Below are positions 38,861 to 48,572 of a stretch of DNA of 64,000 nucleotides, in pieces. A program made the translations under genes and the position numbers. Below the pieces are notes generated by a model. The model saw only the letters and a program-made list of their open reading frames with translations, searched no databases and had not been told where the DNA came from. Positions within the stretch are counted from its first letter, which is position 1. Every line of letters starts with the position of its first letter. Source of the DNA: an uncultured Gammaproteobacteria bacterium (GTDB lineage Bacteria; Patescibacteriota; Microgenomatia; Woykebacterales; RBG-16-39-9b); assembly GCA_964360785.1 (NCBI GenBank), contig CAYHXX010000001.1, positions 9,334 to 73,333 of the forward strand, written 5' to 3'.

Positions 38861-39036
38861 CCTTAGCAAAGTTGGTGTTTTTGAACTAGCTAAAAAGCGA
38901 AGAGAAAGCTGGAACTGACCCGCCAGCTGGCGGGGAATTCCAGAAGTTTCCGAGCTTTTTCGCGTAGCTTCAAAAGCCAACACAGCGGAGGCTCTGCTTT
39001 TCTTGTTACTTCTTTTCGCAGAAGCAAAAGAAGTGG
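38861..39036. repeat. copy 2 (inverted) of the hairpin-rich ~175-bp repeat; contains an extra perfect palindrome CCCGCCAGCTGGCGGG
   Basis: Reverse complement matches 26762..26935 block-for-block; the 27-nt core is identical. Confidence 0.7.
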
Positions 39037-39037
39037 A

Positions 39038-39394
39038 TTAAAACAGTTTTCCTCCAATTTTTGCATCGTGGTCAGCCTTGCCTGCCGGCAGGCAGGGTCG
39101 TACTAATACTACTCTCCCCTGCTCATCCGGTACGCCCAGTGTCAGGCACTCAGATACAAATGGTCCGATTTGTTTGGGTGGGAAATTCACTACTCCAAGC
39201 ACAAGTGTGCCTGTGAGCTCATCCTTATTATATAGTTCAACTATCTGGGCACTACTCTTTTTAATCCCGATTTCACTTCCGAAATAAATTTCTAGTTTGT
39301 AAGCTGGTTTACGAGCCTCTGGAAAATCCTCGACCTTAACTATCTTTCCAACCCGAATTTCGACCTTAGAGAAATCTTCGTAGTTAATTTTCAT
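39038..39394 (-). CDS. tRNA-binding domain protein (CsaA/Trbp111/EMAP-like)
   Basis: MKINYEDFSKVEIRVGKIVKVEDFPEARKPAYKLEI... Confidence 0.8.
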   Translation of the reverse strand: MKINYEDFSKVEIRVGKIVKVEDFPEARKPAYKLEIYFGSEIGIKKSSAQIVELYNKDELTGTLVLGVVNFPPKQIGPFVSECLTLGVPDEQGRVVLVRPCLPAGKADHDAKIGGKLF

Positions 39395-39695
39395 TGGTTT
39401 CTTTCTCTATCCAATCTAAATATGGCTGATTAACTTTTTCTGGTTTGACGCTGACAATTTCCGGAACTTCATAACCAGAATTTTCTTTGAGGAAAGTTTC
39501 GATTTTATCAAAGTTCTCTTCTTTGGTTTTGAGAATCATCAGAGCCTCAGTTCCCATCTTGATCTCCCCTTCCCACCAATAAGAAGACTCAACTTCAGTC
39601 AGGTTGTAACAAGCGATAAGTTTCAGCTCAAGGAGTTTGCGACCGAGTTTATAAGCGATTACTTTGCTGGTGATAGTTGTAAAGATAAGTATCAT
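39384..39695 (-). CDS. cutA: divalent-cation tolerance protein CutA
   Basis: ILIFTT..KLIACYNL..SSYWWEGEI..ALMILKT; start taken at the internal Met. Confidence 0.7.
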   Translation of the reverse strand: MILIFTTITSKVIAYKLGRKLLELKLIACYNLTEVESSYWWEGEIKMGTEALMILKTKEENFDKIETFLKENSGYEVPEIVSVKPEKVNQPYLDWIEKETNEN

Positions 39696-39924
39696 TGAGG
39701 AAGATTTTAGCACTTGTTTTGTCAAGAGAAAAGATATTGCTGAAAAGAAAACTCCCGGCTTTTGCGGGAAGTGGTGAGTTAGTAGGAAAAATCAGCAGAC
39801 TTGTTTTAAGAATACCACAACAGTCAAAAAGGAAACAAGGAATTGATTTTGCTCTTGGGCACTTACATTATTAAAGTACGCCCTTTAACAACCGAATTTA
39901 GCTGATTACCCGGAGGGAGGGGTC

Positions 39925-41169
39925 ATGTCAGCAACTGGGTTAGTCCTGTCGACCGACCAATCGGACAGCAAAATAGTTGATATATATACAAAAGGTGAGC
40001 ACAAGTCGCACCTTGTGTCGGCATGGTTGCCGATCCGTCGAATCAATGCCTTGAGGCAGATGCGCACGACATTTGACCCGGAAGAGTTGCGGAGTCTGGC
40101 AGATAGCATCACTGTCCAGCATCTGCTCCACCCACTGGTGGTGGCGCAATTTACCTCTGAACAGGCACTTGAGCACCTGCGGGTTATAAACAGAGCTTGG
40201 GGAACACACTACACAATCAACGACCTCAAGGCTACCGAGACTGAGGAGGGTTTGTTCTACTTCATTCTGGCAGCTGGGGAAAGAAGGTTGCGGGCAGTCC
40301 TATGGCTTTGGGAAAAAGGTTGCGAAGCTCATCGTGAAGAATATTCTCCGCAACCGGTTCCAGAAGGTTTCTGTTACATCAGTCACTTTGGAGACGACAG
40401 GATTCCGGTAAGAATCCGCACGGACGCAACTCCAGATATCGTACTAACAGTACAACTGGTAGAAAACACAGCGGTCCTGCCGCTACCACACGAAACTGCA
40501 ATGGCCTTTTCGGAGTACCACCCGATTTGGCAAGTATTCAACCCGAAAACAACTCTGAAAGATTTTGCCAAACAGGTGAATCGTTCATCAAGTACAGTCA
40601 GCGATTACCTGCGTTATGCCAAGCTTCCGGAATCGATCCACGAAGAAGTAAAGCAAGGGCTCATCCCATTCGGGATTGCGGTAGAGATCTCTCGTTTGCA
40701 CGAAGACGGTATGGGTGAGGAAGAGCTGGGATATTGGGTGTTGAAGGCCAAGGCCGGCAACTTCCCGATCCCGGACTTTCGTGAGATGGTCTCAAACACA
40801 CTCAAGGAAAGACACTCCGGACAAACAAGCATGTGGGATATGATGACGGCAAACGCTGTCGCCGCTGCCAACATGCAAGATATCCGACTGATACTGGAAC
40901 GGCAGCAAAGCCGTGGGTGGCACGTTGCGATTGGGGTAAGAAAGCGAGTGATAGCGCTGGTGAGAGATGGAAAACTGGGATTTAGAGACTCGCCCTTCTC
41001 CTCGAGAAGCGTAGTCAGACAGATGCGAATCGATCTCGAACTAGCTCGAGAAGAGAATGAACTTCTCAAACACTTGCTCGGTGCAGAAGGTTACCAGCAA
41101 GCTACTGAGATACTGGCAGAGCGGGATAGCCTGACTTTGCAATTATTTGAGAGAGCGGAAAGAGAATGA
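39925..41169 (+). CDS. ParB/Srx-like nuclease-domain protein
   Basis: GGAGGGAGG RBS; LPIRRINALRQ..ELRSLADSITVQHLLHPLVV...FILAAGERRLRAV (ParB N-domain box II-like); GC-rich. Confidence 0.65.
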   Translation: MSATGLVLSTDQSDSKIVDIYTKGEHKSHLVSAWLPIRRINALRQMRTTFDPEELRSLADSITVQHLLHPLVVAQFTSEQALEHLRVINRAWGTHYTINDLKATETEEGLFYFILAAGERRLRAVLWLWEKGCEAHREEYSPQPVPEGFCYISHFGDDRIPVRIRTDATPDIVLTVQLVENTAVLPLPHETAMAFSEYHPIWQVFNPKTTLKDFAKQVNRSSSTVSDYLRYAKLPESIHEEVKQGLIPFGIAVEISRLHEDGMGEEELGYWVLKAKAGNFPIPDFREMVSNTLKERHSGQTSMWDMMTANAVAAANMQDIRLILERQQSRGWHVAIGVRKRVIALVRDGKLGFRDSPFSSRSVVRQMRIDLELAREENELLKHLLGAEGYQQATEILAERDSLTLQLFERAERE

Positions 41170-41516
41170 GATCAAATGGAGAAAATCTAGAAGCCGTAGA
41201 CACCCTGTCGCCGGCTTCTTTTTATATCTCTCATTTCTCGTAGCCGATTGGATGCTTGAAGTCTCGAATACAACCTTGATCATCCCGATCATGTGGTAGA
41301 GACAGGTGTTCTCCGGAGCTTTCCACAACATGGCTCTTGATACACGGGCTGGTGAAAATCGCAATTGTCCCCAAAAATATCATGAATAGTATTATACCGG
41401 TTACAACTGCTGCTGTGCTTACAAGGTACAGTAGGCGCAGAGTACCCTCATCCATCCAGCTGCTTTTTGGAACAGTGCCGAAAACTTCGATGTGATCTTG
41501 ATGTTCGAAGTTGCCG

Positions 41517-41786
41517 TTACTTTCCATGATCATTCTCCTCCGTGTCCCTCCAAGTCCTTTGAGCTTCTTTCCCAAAAGTTGGGTGAGGCCAATCCTCGAC
41601 AAATATCCAGCCAAGGATGAAAATTGCCACTGACAATGGGATCCACGCTATTGTCAGATATAAGAATCTCTCTGATGAAATCTCTAGTACAGACCAGCCT
41701 TGAAATAGTGTTACTAGAACAAGGGCTAGTAGACAAGAAATCCAGATGCCGGGAGAGGTGATCAGCCTTACTGCGTGCTTAACCAT
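41517..41786 (-). CDS. small membrane protein
   Basis: Two TM helices; the overlapping ORF 41231..41614 encodes a second two-TM protein. Confidence 0.35.
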   Translation of the reverse strand: MVKHAVRLITSPGIWISCLLALVLVTLFQGWSVLEISSERFLYLTIAWIPLSVAIFILGWIFVEDWPHPTFGKEAQRTWRDTEENDHGK

Positions 41787-41842
41787 AGCACTCCCCTTTC
41801 ACAAAAAAGATTATACAGCTTCAGGTCAAAGAATATTCGATT

Positions 41843-44299
41843 TTAGGAGATTTGGATTTGATTGTCTTGAACGGAAATGTTTACTTTTGAGCCCCGAGCA
41901 ATTTTTTCCTCGAGAATTCCTTGGGAGATTTTCGCTTCCACTTGGTCTTGAATTGCTCGTTGCAGCGGTCGAGCGCCGAAAGTTGGGTCGTAGCCGATTT
42001 TGGCCAGAAAGCTGGTTACTTCAGGAGAAAATGTAACCGTCAGGTCTTGCTTGGCCAGACGAAGGGAGAGTTTCTTCAACATAAACTCAACCACTTGTTC
42101 TACTTCTTGCGGGTTGAGTGGTTTGTAAACAATGACATCATCAAAACGGTTGATAAATTCTGGTCTAAAGATATGTTCAGTCAGAAGTTTTTCGATCAAG
42201 GGTTTTTTCAGGTCAGTTTCTGGATCGGCTTTTATTTGCTCGCGAATAAATTCCGCTCCGGCATTGGAGGTGGCAACAATGATAGTATTGGTGAAGCTTA
42301 TCGGTCTTCCCGAAGAGTCGGTAATTCTTCCCTCATCAAAAATTGCTAGAAAGATTTCAAGTATTTTTGGGTGGGCCTTCTCAAGCTCATCAAGCAAGAT
42401 AAGACTAAATTGATTGGCGCGGACAGCCTCGGTGAGCTGTCCCCCTTCCTTGTAATCGGAAAGCCCTGGAGGAGCTCCAATCAAGCGGTAAACAGAATTT
42501 TCTTGATTGAATTCGCTCATATCAAGCCGGATGATACTTCCTTCGTTACCGAAGTAAACCTCAGCCAAGGCTTTCGCCGTTTCAGTTTTCCCAACTCCCG
42601 TTGGGCCCAGAAAAAGAAAGACACCGATGGGTTTCTTGCTGTCGCGTTTTAAGGTTCTGGCGCGGCGAACTGCCTGAGAGATAGCACTGATAGCAGTATC
42701 TTGGCTGACAATCCGTTGGTGTAGCGTTTCTTCGAGTTTGATCAATTTGCCTTTTTCCTCGCTGTCCGCAAGACCAGCCGGGACTTTTTCTTTTTCGGTT
42801 ATTACCTGCTCGATGTCAGTGCTTTCCAGCAAGGTTTTGCCTGAGAGTGCGATGGCCGCGGCGGCCTGGTCTACCAAATCTATTGCCTTTCCAGGTAGAA
42901 CTTTGTCAATCATGTAACGCTCAGAAAGCTCGACGGCTTTCTTGATTGCCTGATAAGTAACAATTGTTTTGCTTTTTCCCTCTATCACCGTTGTTGCTTC
43001 CTCAAGTATTCTGATCGCCTGGTCAGTATTTGGTTCACTTACCTCGACTACCTCAAAGTTATCCGCAAACACCGGCTTGTCTTCAATAAATTTGTGGTAA
43101 GAAGCTCTTGTGGAGGTACCGATAATCTGCATATTTATATTTTTTAGGTTTTGCGAAAGAAAGCCAGTAATATCAAATTTACCACCCTGCAAAGCACCAG
43201 CAAGATTTTCTATGTTGGGAATGAACAAAACGACATCGCCCGCATGGCTCACCTCAACTAGAATATTTTTGAGTCTTTGCTCCATCTCTCCTTCAGAGGC
43301 AGAGGCATTTATTGCCGTGAAATCCATTTCTAAAAATCTTTTGTAAGAAAGTTCTGGCGATATCTTTCCGAGAATTGAGTTTCGTGCCAGTGAATATACA
43401 ATTGTAGTTTTTCCCAAACCTGGCTCCCCGATTAAAATGGCATTTTTCTTACCTGTTCGTATCAGAACCTCTTCGATTTGATTTACTTCTTTTTCCCGAC
43501 CAACCAAGAAATACTCATGGCCTGCTCTCAAGACTTCGCTGTTTATATCTTTGGTATATCTTTCTGTCTCTAGAGTCCAACCACCCATCCAAACGTCGGC
43601 AATCCCCAGACCCAAAGATGAGGTTGGGTTTTTCCAGAATGGGATTTTGTCCAAGTCAGCAGAGAAGACTTTGTGGGCCCAGTGAAGAATGTTTTCAAGA
43701 TCATTTTGCCGTAGCTCTTTGTCAAAGAGTATTTTTTTCAGTCCCTCAGATTCGGCGAAGAGTGCTGCTATTAGTGATAGCTCATCGATAGACGCTCTCC
43801 CCTCCTTTTCTGCTATTCCCTGGGAGAGCTGCATGAGAGAATCCATGCTGACCTTTTCTTCCGGAGAAAGCTCTTTCTTTAAGTCATACCCGGTTATATC
43901 TGCCTTGGCAAAGACAAACTTTACTTTACTATCAGAAAGCAAAGCTGAAACTAAATGTTGAGTGTTGCTCCAGCTTGGGTGGGCCAGCAAGGTCTTGGCA
44001 AGTCTAAAGCTGACCAACTCGGCAAGATTAGTGTTCTCTGTAATCCCAGCCAAGTTTCCTTTTGGTTGCGGCTTTGTTAGATGGAAGCGGTAGAAAGCCT
44101 CAAACATCAGAAAAATTCCAAAAAGAGAGAAGATGAAGTATGGCAAGTTCTCTGACCCGGCAGTTAGTAGTAGAACTATCGTCATCGAAAACAATACAAA
44201 AATGGAAAGGCGAACAATCACTCCAAGAGTTGATGAATAGACTAGGCTAAAAGCAGCTTGCTGCCAAAGCCTACTCTCACTAGGCGAAAATGGCAGCAT
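41843..44299 (-). CDS. ClpC/ClpB-like double-AAA+ ATPase, apparently with an N-terminal two-TM extension
   Basis: D1 Walker A GEPGLGKT, D2 GPTGVGKTETAKALA, sensor and arginine motifs; a Clp_N-like region after two hydrophobic helices. The start is uncertain. Confidence 0.85.
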   Translation of the reverse strand: MLPFSPSESRLWQQAAFSLVYSSTLGVIVRLSIFVLFSMTIVLLLTAGSENLPYFIFSLFGIFLMFEAFYRFHLTKPQPKGNLAGITENTNLAELVSFRLAKTLLAHPSWSNTQHLVSALLSDSKVKFVFAKADITGYDLKKELSPEEKVSMDSLMQLSQGIAEKEGRASIDELSLIAALFAESEGLKKILFDKELRQNDLENILHWAHKVFSADLDKIPFWKNPTSSLGLGIADVWMGGWTLETERYTKDINSEVLRAGHEYFLVGREKEVNQIEEVLIRTGKKNAILIGEPGLGKTTIVYSLARNSILGKISPELSYKRFLEMDFTAINASASEGEMEQRLKNILVEVSHAGDVVLFIPNIENLAGALQGGKFDITGFLSQNLKNINMQIIGTSTRASYHKFIEDKPVFADNFEVVEVSEPNTDQAIRILEEATTVIEGKSKTIVTYQAIKKAVELSERYMIDKVLPGKAIDLVDQAAAAIALSGKTLLESTDIEQVITEKEKVPAGLADSEEKGKLIKLEETLHQRIVSQDTAISAISQAVRRARTLKRDSKKPIGVFLFLGPTGVGKTETAKALAEVYFGNEGSIIRLDMSEFNQENSVYRLIGAPPGLSDYKEGGQLTEAVRANQFSLILLDELEKAHPKILEIFLAIFDEGRITDSSGRPISFTNTIIVATSNAGAEFIREQIKADPETDLKKPLIEKLLTEHIFRPEFINRFDDVIVYKPLNPQEVEQVVEFMLKKLSLRLAKQDLTVTFSPEVTSFLAKIGYDPTFGARPLQRAIQDQVEAKISQGILEEKIARGSKVNISVQDNQIQIS

Positions 44300-44642
44300 A
44301 TATCCCCCAGATTACAAAAAACGGAAACACTAACCAGGTTACTAAAACCAAGCCTTCGATAAATACAAGAGCCGAGAAGAAAAGAATGTCGAAAAACAAA
44401 AAAACTGTCTTGATAAACATTCCCATAAACAAAGCAAACCGAGTAAGACCTTCACGGTACTCATTTTTCCACGGTTTAAAGTATGTTTTGAAGATTAGGC
44501 TTACTCCCAGGAATCGAAAGGCAGCGGAAAGAATAAAACGCAGAATTTGCAGAAGGTTGAAAGTAGCTTCAATAAACCACCAATGAAGGAACTCAAAAGG
44601 TAAGCTTACAAGGTAAGCAGTAAAAGACACGGCAGGCTGCAT
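44280..44642 (-). CDS. small polytopic membrane protein
   Basis: 120 aa, three to four TM helices. Confidence 0.35.
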   Translation of the reverse strand: MQPAVSFTAYLVSLPFEFLHWWFIEATFNLLQILRFILSAAFRFLGVSLIFKTYFKPWKNEYREGLTRFALFMGMFIKTVFLFFDILFFSALVFIEGLVLVTWLVFPFFVIWGIYAAIFA

Positions 44643-44678
44643 ATCTAAAGTGTACCTAATACGGCGGTTTTTCTCAAA

Positions 44679-45413
44679 TTATTTGCTTGGGGCGTTGGAA
44701 ACCTCAGTCAAACTGACCACACCATTGGTGATTTTTATTCCTTTGGCAGGGATTTGTGAGCCTGAAAGGGTTAGACCCACTTGTGCTAGGTAGCTATCGA
44801 CCAGGTTGCTAGCAACAAAAGTTGGTATCTGCACTTTTCCGAATTTTGCAGAAACCAGCTCAACACTGGCAACCAGACCGGAAACATCTATTCTGCCCAC
44901 TACTTCGATCGGGGCGTTAGTTTGGGCCAGTTTGCCGGTGAAGGTAAATTCGTTTTCACCCAATTTTATTTTTGGGTCAACAATTGGGAACTCGTTAGAG
45001 CTAGCTACTTGTTTTTGAAACAAGGCATTTATTTCCTCTTCATCAAGGGCAACACTTTTCAATGTTTGTCCCCCAGCTAAAGTTGAAATTGTATTTAGTT
45101 TTTCCTGGGCATTCTCAAGGGCGTATGCATCGACATTGTCCGCTGCTTTTACAGGCAAGCCAAAGAATTTTTCCGAGACCAAAGGTACTTTCACAAGCCC
45201 AGTCGATCCTGCCGCGATGGCGATTCCGGTAGACGCAACCGCAAGAAGTATCAAATTTCCAAAAAACCAACCAGCGATCAAAATACCAAAAGTTGCGAAT
45301 ACCCCGCGACTGTTAGTATTTTCAGATAATTTCTTTGTGTCTGACAATCCTGGATTGAGGATAATTGGCTCTTGAGGGTGTGGCGGTACCTCAGATGTAG
45401 CAGTTTCTTGCAT
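44679..45413 (-). CDS. membrane-anchored hypothetical protein
   Basis: TM at about residues 38-70, then a ~170-aa extracytoplasmic domain. Confidence 0.45.
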   Translation of the reverse strand: MQETATSEVPPHPQEPIILNPGLSDTKKLSENTNSRGVFATFGILIAGWFFGNLILLAVASTGIAIAAGSTGLVKVPLVSEKFFGLPVKAADNVDAYALENAQEKLNTISTLAGGQTLKSVALDEEEINALFQKQVASSNEFPIVDPKIKLGENEFTFTGKLAQTNAPIEVVGRIDVSGLVASVELVSAKFGKVQIPTFVASNLVDSYLAQVGLTLSGSQIPAKGIKITNGVVSLTEVSNAPSK

Positions 45414-45499
45414 AGGTATAGTTATAGCCTAGCGAAAAACTGTTCCTAGTGTCAACTTTTTCTTGAAAGTTGTTTGCACTAGACATATAATAATCTGTC

Positions 45500-45892
45500 A
45501 TGAACATTGTTGTTAAAGGTAAACATTTGCAAGAAAACCAAGCCTTGGAAGATTTTGCTCTCAAAAAAGCAACTAAGTTCTACCACTTTTTCCCAGAGAT
45601 AATAAAAATCGAGATTGAGCTCAAGTCTGAAACCGGCCATCGTGGTAAGGAAACGGACTTTTTCGCTGATCTCATGGTGAAAGTTCCAGGAAAGACTTTC
45701 AAAGTTACAGACACCGAGCGTGACATGTACAAAGCGATTGATCGAGCAGTGGATCGAATGAATGAGACTTTGAGACGCGAGAAAGACTATCAGAAAGGGC
45801 GAGCCAAACGTAGCTTGAGAAGATTTTCACTTCGAAATGTGGACTTTCTCGCTCCTTTTAAGGTGGTTAACAAAAGATTGTTTAGGCGGTAA
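45500..45892 (+). CDS. hpf: ribosome hibernation-promoting factor / RaiA family
   Basis: MNIVVKGKHLQENQALEDFALKK...; TATAAT upstream. Confidence 0.8.
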   Translation: MNIVVKGKHLQENQALEDFALKKATKFYHFFPEIIKIEIELKSETGHRGKETDFFADLMVKVPGKTFKVTDTERDMYKAIDRAVDRMNETLRREKDYQKGRAKRSLRRFSLRNVDFLAPFKVVNKRLFRR

Positions 45893-46469
45893 TTTTTTCG
45901 GCGGAAACGAATTTGTTATTTTCGTCAAAAACAAAATCCATCACTCCTCCGGTTGGCAAATGATAGGTCTTTACTCCGGATAGCTGTTTCTTTTCGAGAA
46001 AGAATTTCAGTGCTAGGATTGGAAACTCGTGGGAAACACAAACTACGTTTTTTCCACCATGACTTGAAAGTATCTGTTGTATTACACCCATCATTCTCGC
46101 AGCGATTTGGTTCAGGTTCTCCGTACCAAAGTCAGCATTGGGGTCATTGATAAAAGTTTCATAGTCATTGTTTGTAAATAATTGCTCGGCAGGTAAACCC
46201 TGCCAACGGGTTGATTCTGTTTCATTGAGATCAAAAACGTGTTCTATTTTCGCTTCGGGGATAGCCTGGGAAATTATTTCCGCCGTTTCAAAAGAACGCT
46301 GCAGCGGTGAAGTAAATATCTGGGTAATATTTTTTGTCCTTAGTAGTTCCCCAGTCTTGGTAGCTTCTTCTCTACCTGCTACACTCAGGGGATAACCAGG
46401 CATGCGTCCATAACTGATATTGCCTTCATTTTCTGTTCGACCGTGGCGCACAAAATAGATATGGGTCAT
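45882..46469 (-). CDS. histidine phosphatase (phosphoglycerate mutase) family protein
   Basis: IYFVRHGRTENE RHG motif; a second His-containing motif (CVSHEFP). Confidence 0.8.
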   Translation of the reverse strand: MTHIYFVRHGRTENEGNISYGRMPGYPLSVAGREEATKTGELLRTKNITQIFTSPLQRSFETAEIISQAIPEAKIEHVFDLNETESTRWQGLPAEQLFTNNDYETFINDPNADFGTENLNQIAARMMGVIQQILSSHGGKNVVCVSHEFPILALKFFLEKKQLSGVKTYHLPTGGVMDFVFDENNKFVSAEKITA

Positions 46470-46700
46470 TGGTTCTAAGTGTCTCAGAGTTGCTCTAGTA
46501 AATCAAGTTTTTAACTGCCTCCAAGAAATTGCAGTATGGTGTACAAAGCACCAAATAGGATAAGTATAAAGACGATAAAAGCGAGAAGACCTATGAAAAC
46601 AGAATTGTTTTGTTGGCCGTTGCTAGGATGCATGTTACATATATCATATAACAAATGAGCTGGAGAATTAAGTTTCAATTATGTCATAATAACGTTGGCT

Positions 46701-48572
46701 ATGACTGAGAAACTTTTCAGTAGTTTTTTTCCAAAATCGCCTAATTTTCTTTTGCGTTACCCGGTATTTATTTTTTCCTCTGTACTGTTTGGTTTTGGCC
46801 TGTTTGAGCTGTATCTTGGCCAACAAGAAACTGCAAACTTGGTTTTTCAGCTAGTACTGATTTTTGGAGGTATCCCCCTTGCCTATGGAACAATTAAGGA
46901 ACTTCTGAAGAAAAATTATGGTGCCGACATAATAGCTGTCTTGGCGATTATCACCTCCCTATTGTTAAAGGAGTATCTTGCCGGAGCAATCATAATAATT
47001 ATGCTTTCTGGCGGTCGGGCTCTTGAGGATTTTGCACTTCAGAGTGCTTCGGATGCTTTAAAAAAGTTGGCCGAAGCTGCTCCTAGTATCGCCCACCTGG
47101 TGAAGGGGAAAGAAATTAGTGATATCAAAGTTGAGTCGGTTCGTGTTGCTGATACCTTGTTGGTGAAGCCAGGAGAATTAATTCCAGTTGACGCTGTTAT
47201 CATCAAAGGTGAGACATCAATCAACGAGTCTGCTCTGACTGGGGAACCCGTTCCAACCCACAAAACTTACAACAGCGCGGTATTGTCTGGAAGTGTAAAT
47301 CTGGACAACCCAATCCAAATCAGGGCCATTCGCAAAGCTTCAGAAAGTAAGTACGAACAAATTGTGAAATTAGTTCGCGATGCCCAGGCCACCAAAGCCC
47401 CGCTTCACCGGTTGGCCGATCGTTACGGAGCCATTTTTACCCCAGTGACTTTGTTCGTTGCCGCTGCTACCTATATATTTACACAAGATTCTATCAATGT
47501 ATTGGCGGTTTTGGTAGTGGCTACTCCCTGTCCCCTAATCTTAGCAACTCCAATCGCCATCATGGGTGGGATCAACCGTTCTGCGAAAAAAGGAATTATT
47601 GTTCGTAACGGTGGGGCTATAGAAAGAGTTGGGCAGGCAGAAGCAGTGGTGTTTGATAAGACTGGGACCCTAACTTTCGGTTTACCAAAAATAGTTGAGA
47701 TCAAGCAATTTGATATGACTTCGACAAAAGAAATCCTGCGCTACGCTGGTAGTGTCGAGCGTTTATCGGCTCATATACTCGCCAAGTCAACTGTAAATAT
47801 TGCTCACGAGCAGAGCATTGATTTGGTGTTCCCAGAAAATTTTAAAGAAACATTCGGGAAAGGTGTTGCAGGAGAAGTTGATGGAAAGCAGATAGCAGTT
47901 GGTAGCCAAGGTTTCATTAAGGACCATGGAGGTGAAATTTTTCCAGAGTTAGAGGGTTTTAAAAAAGAACAAAACGAACTGGGAAGGATAGTCAGTTTTG
48001 TTGCAATTGATAAAAAAGTTAATTCCGCTTTAGTATTTGGGGATGAGATCCGACCAGACATCAAAAAGACAATTTCTGAACTTCGAAACTTGGGTATAAA
48101 GCAAATTGCTATGCTTACCGGGGATTCGAAGAAAGTTGCCGACCAAGTCGCTGCCCAAACTGGTATTGATCTGGTCAAAGCCCAGACACTACCTGATGAG
48201 AAGGTAGAGTTTATCAATAAACTAAAAGAAACTTACTCCCATGTTGTTATGGTTGGTGATGGTTTCAATGACGCTCCGGCTTTGGTTTCAGCAACGGTTG
48301 GGATCGCTCTGGGGGCTTCGGGGAGCAGTATTTCCAGCGAATCAGCAGACATTGTCCTTGTCGAAAACAATATTGAGAAAGTAAACCAAGTTATTGGTAT
48401 CGGTAGGAAAGTGCTGTCAATTGCTCGTGGTGGGATACTTTTTGGAATGGGGGCTTCTTTTGTTGCCATGCTTTTTGCAGCTTTTGGATTTATTTCTCCG
48501 GTGAAAGGCGCAATCTTGCAAGAAGCTATTGACATCGTTGTGATCTTGAATGCTTTGCGCGCCAGCCGCTAA
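46701..48572 (+). CDS. P1B-type heavy-metal-translocating P-type ATPase (TPCP motif, no N-terminal MBD)
   Basis: DKTGTLT, GDGFNDAPAL, TM6 ATPCPLILATP; the track ORF starts at TTG 46695, ATG 46701 preferred. Confidence 0.85.
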   Translation: MTEKLFSSFFPKSPNFLLRYPVFIFSSVLFGFGLFELYLGQQETANLVFQLVLIFGGIPLAYGTIKELLKKNYGADIIAVLAIITSLLLKEYLAGAIIIIMLSGGRALEDFALQSASDALKKLAEAAPSIAHLVKGKEISDIKVESVRVADTLLVKPGELIPVDAVIIKGETSINESALTGEPVPTHKTYNSAVLSGSVNLDNPIQIRAIRKASESKYEQIVKLVRDAQATKAPLHRLADRYGAIFTPVTLFVAAATYIFTQDSINVLAVLVVATPCPLILATPIAIMGGINRSAKKGIIVRNGGAIERVGQAEAVVFDKTGTLTFGLPKIVEIKQFDMTSTKEILRYAGSVERLSAHILAKSTVNIAHEQSIDLVFPENFKETFGKGVAGEVDGKQIAVGSQGFIKDHGGEIFPELEGFKKEQNELGRIVSFVAIDKKVNSALVFGDEIRPDIKKTISELRNLGIKQIAMLTGDSKKVADQVAAQTGIDLVKAQTLPDEKVEFINKLKETYSHVVMVGDGFNDAPALVSATVGIALGASGSSISSESADIVLVENNIEKVNQVIGIGRKVLSIARGGILFGMGASFVAMLFAAFGFISPVKGAILQEAIDIVVILNALRASR

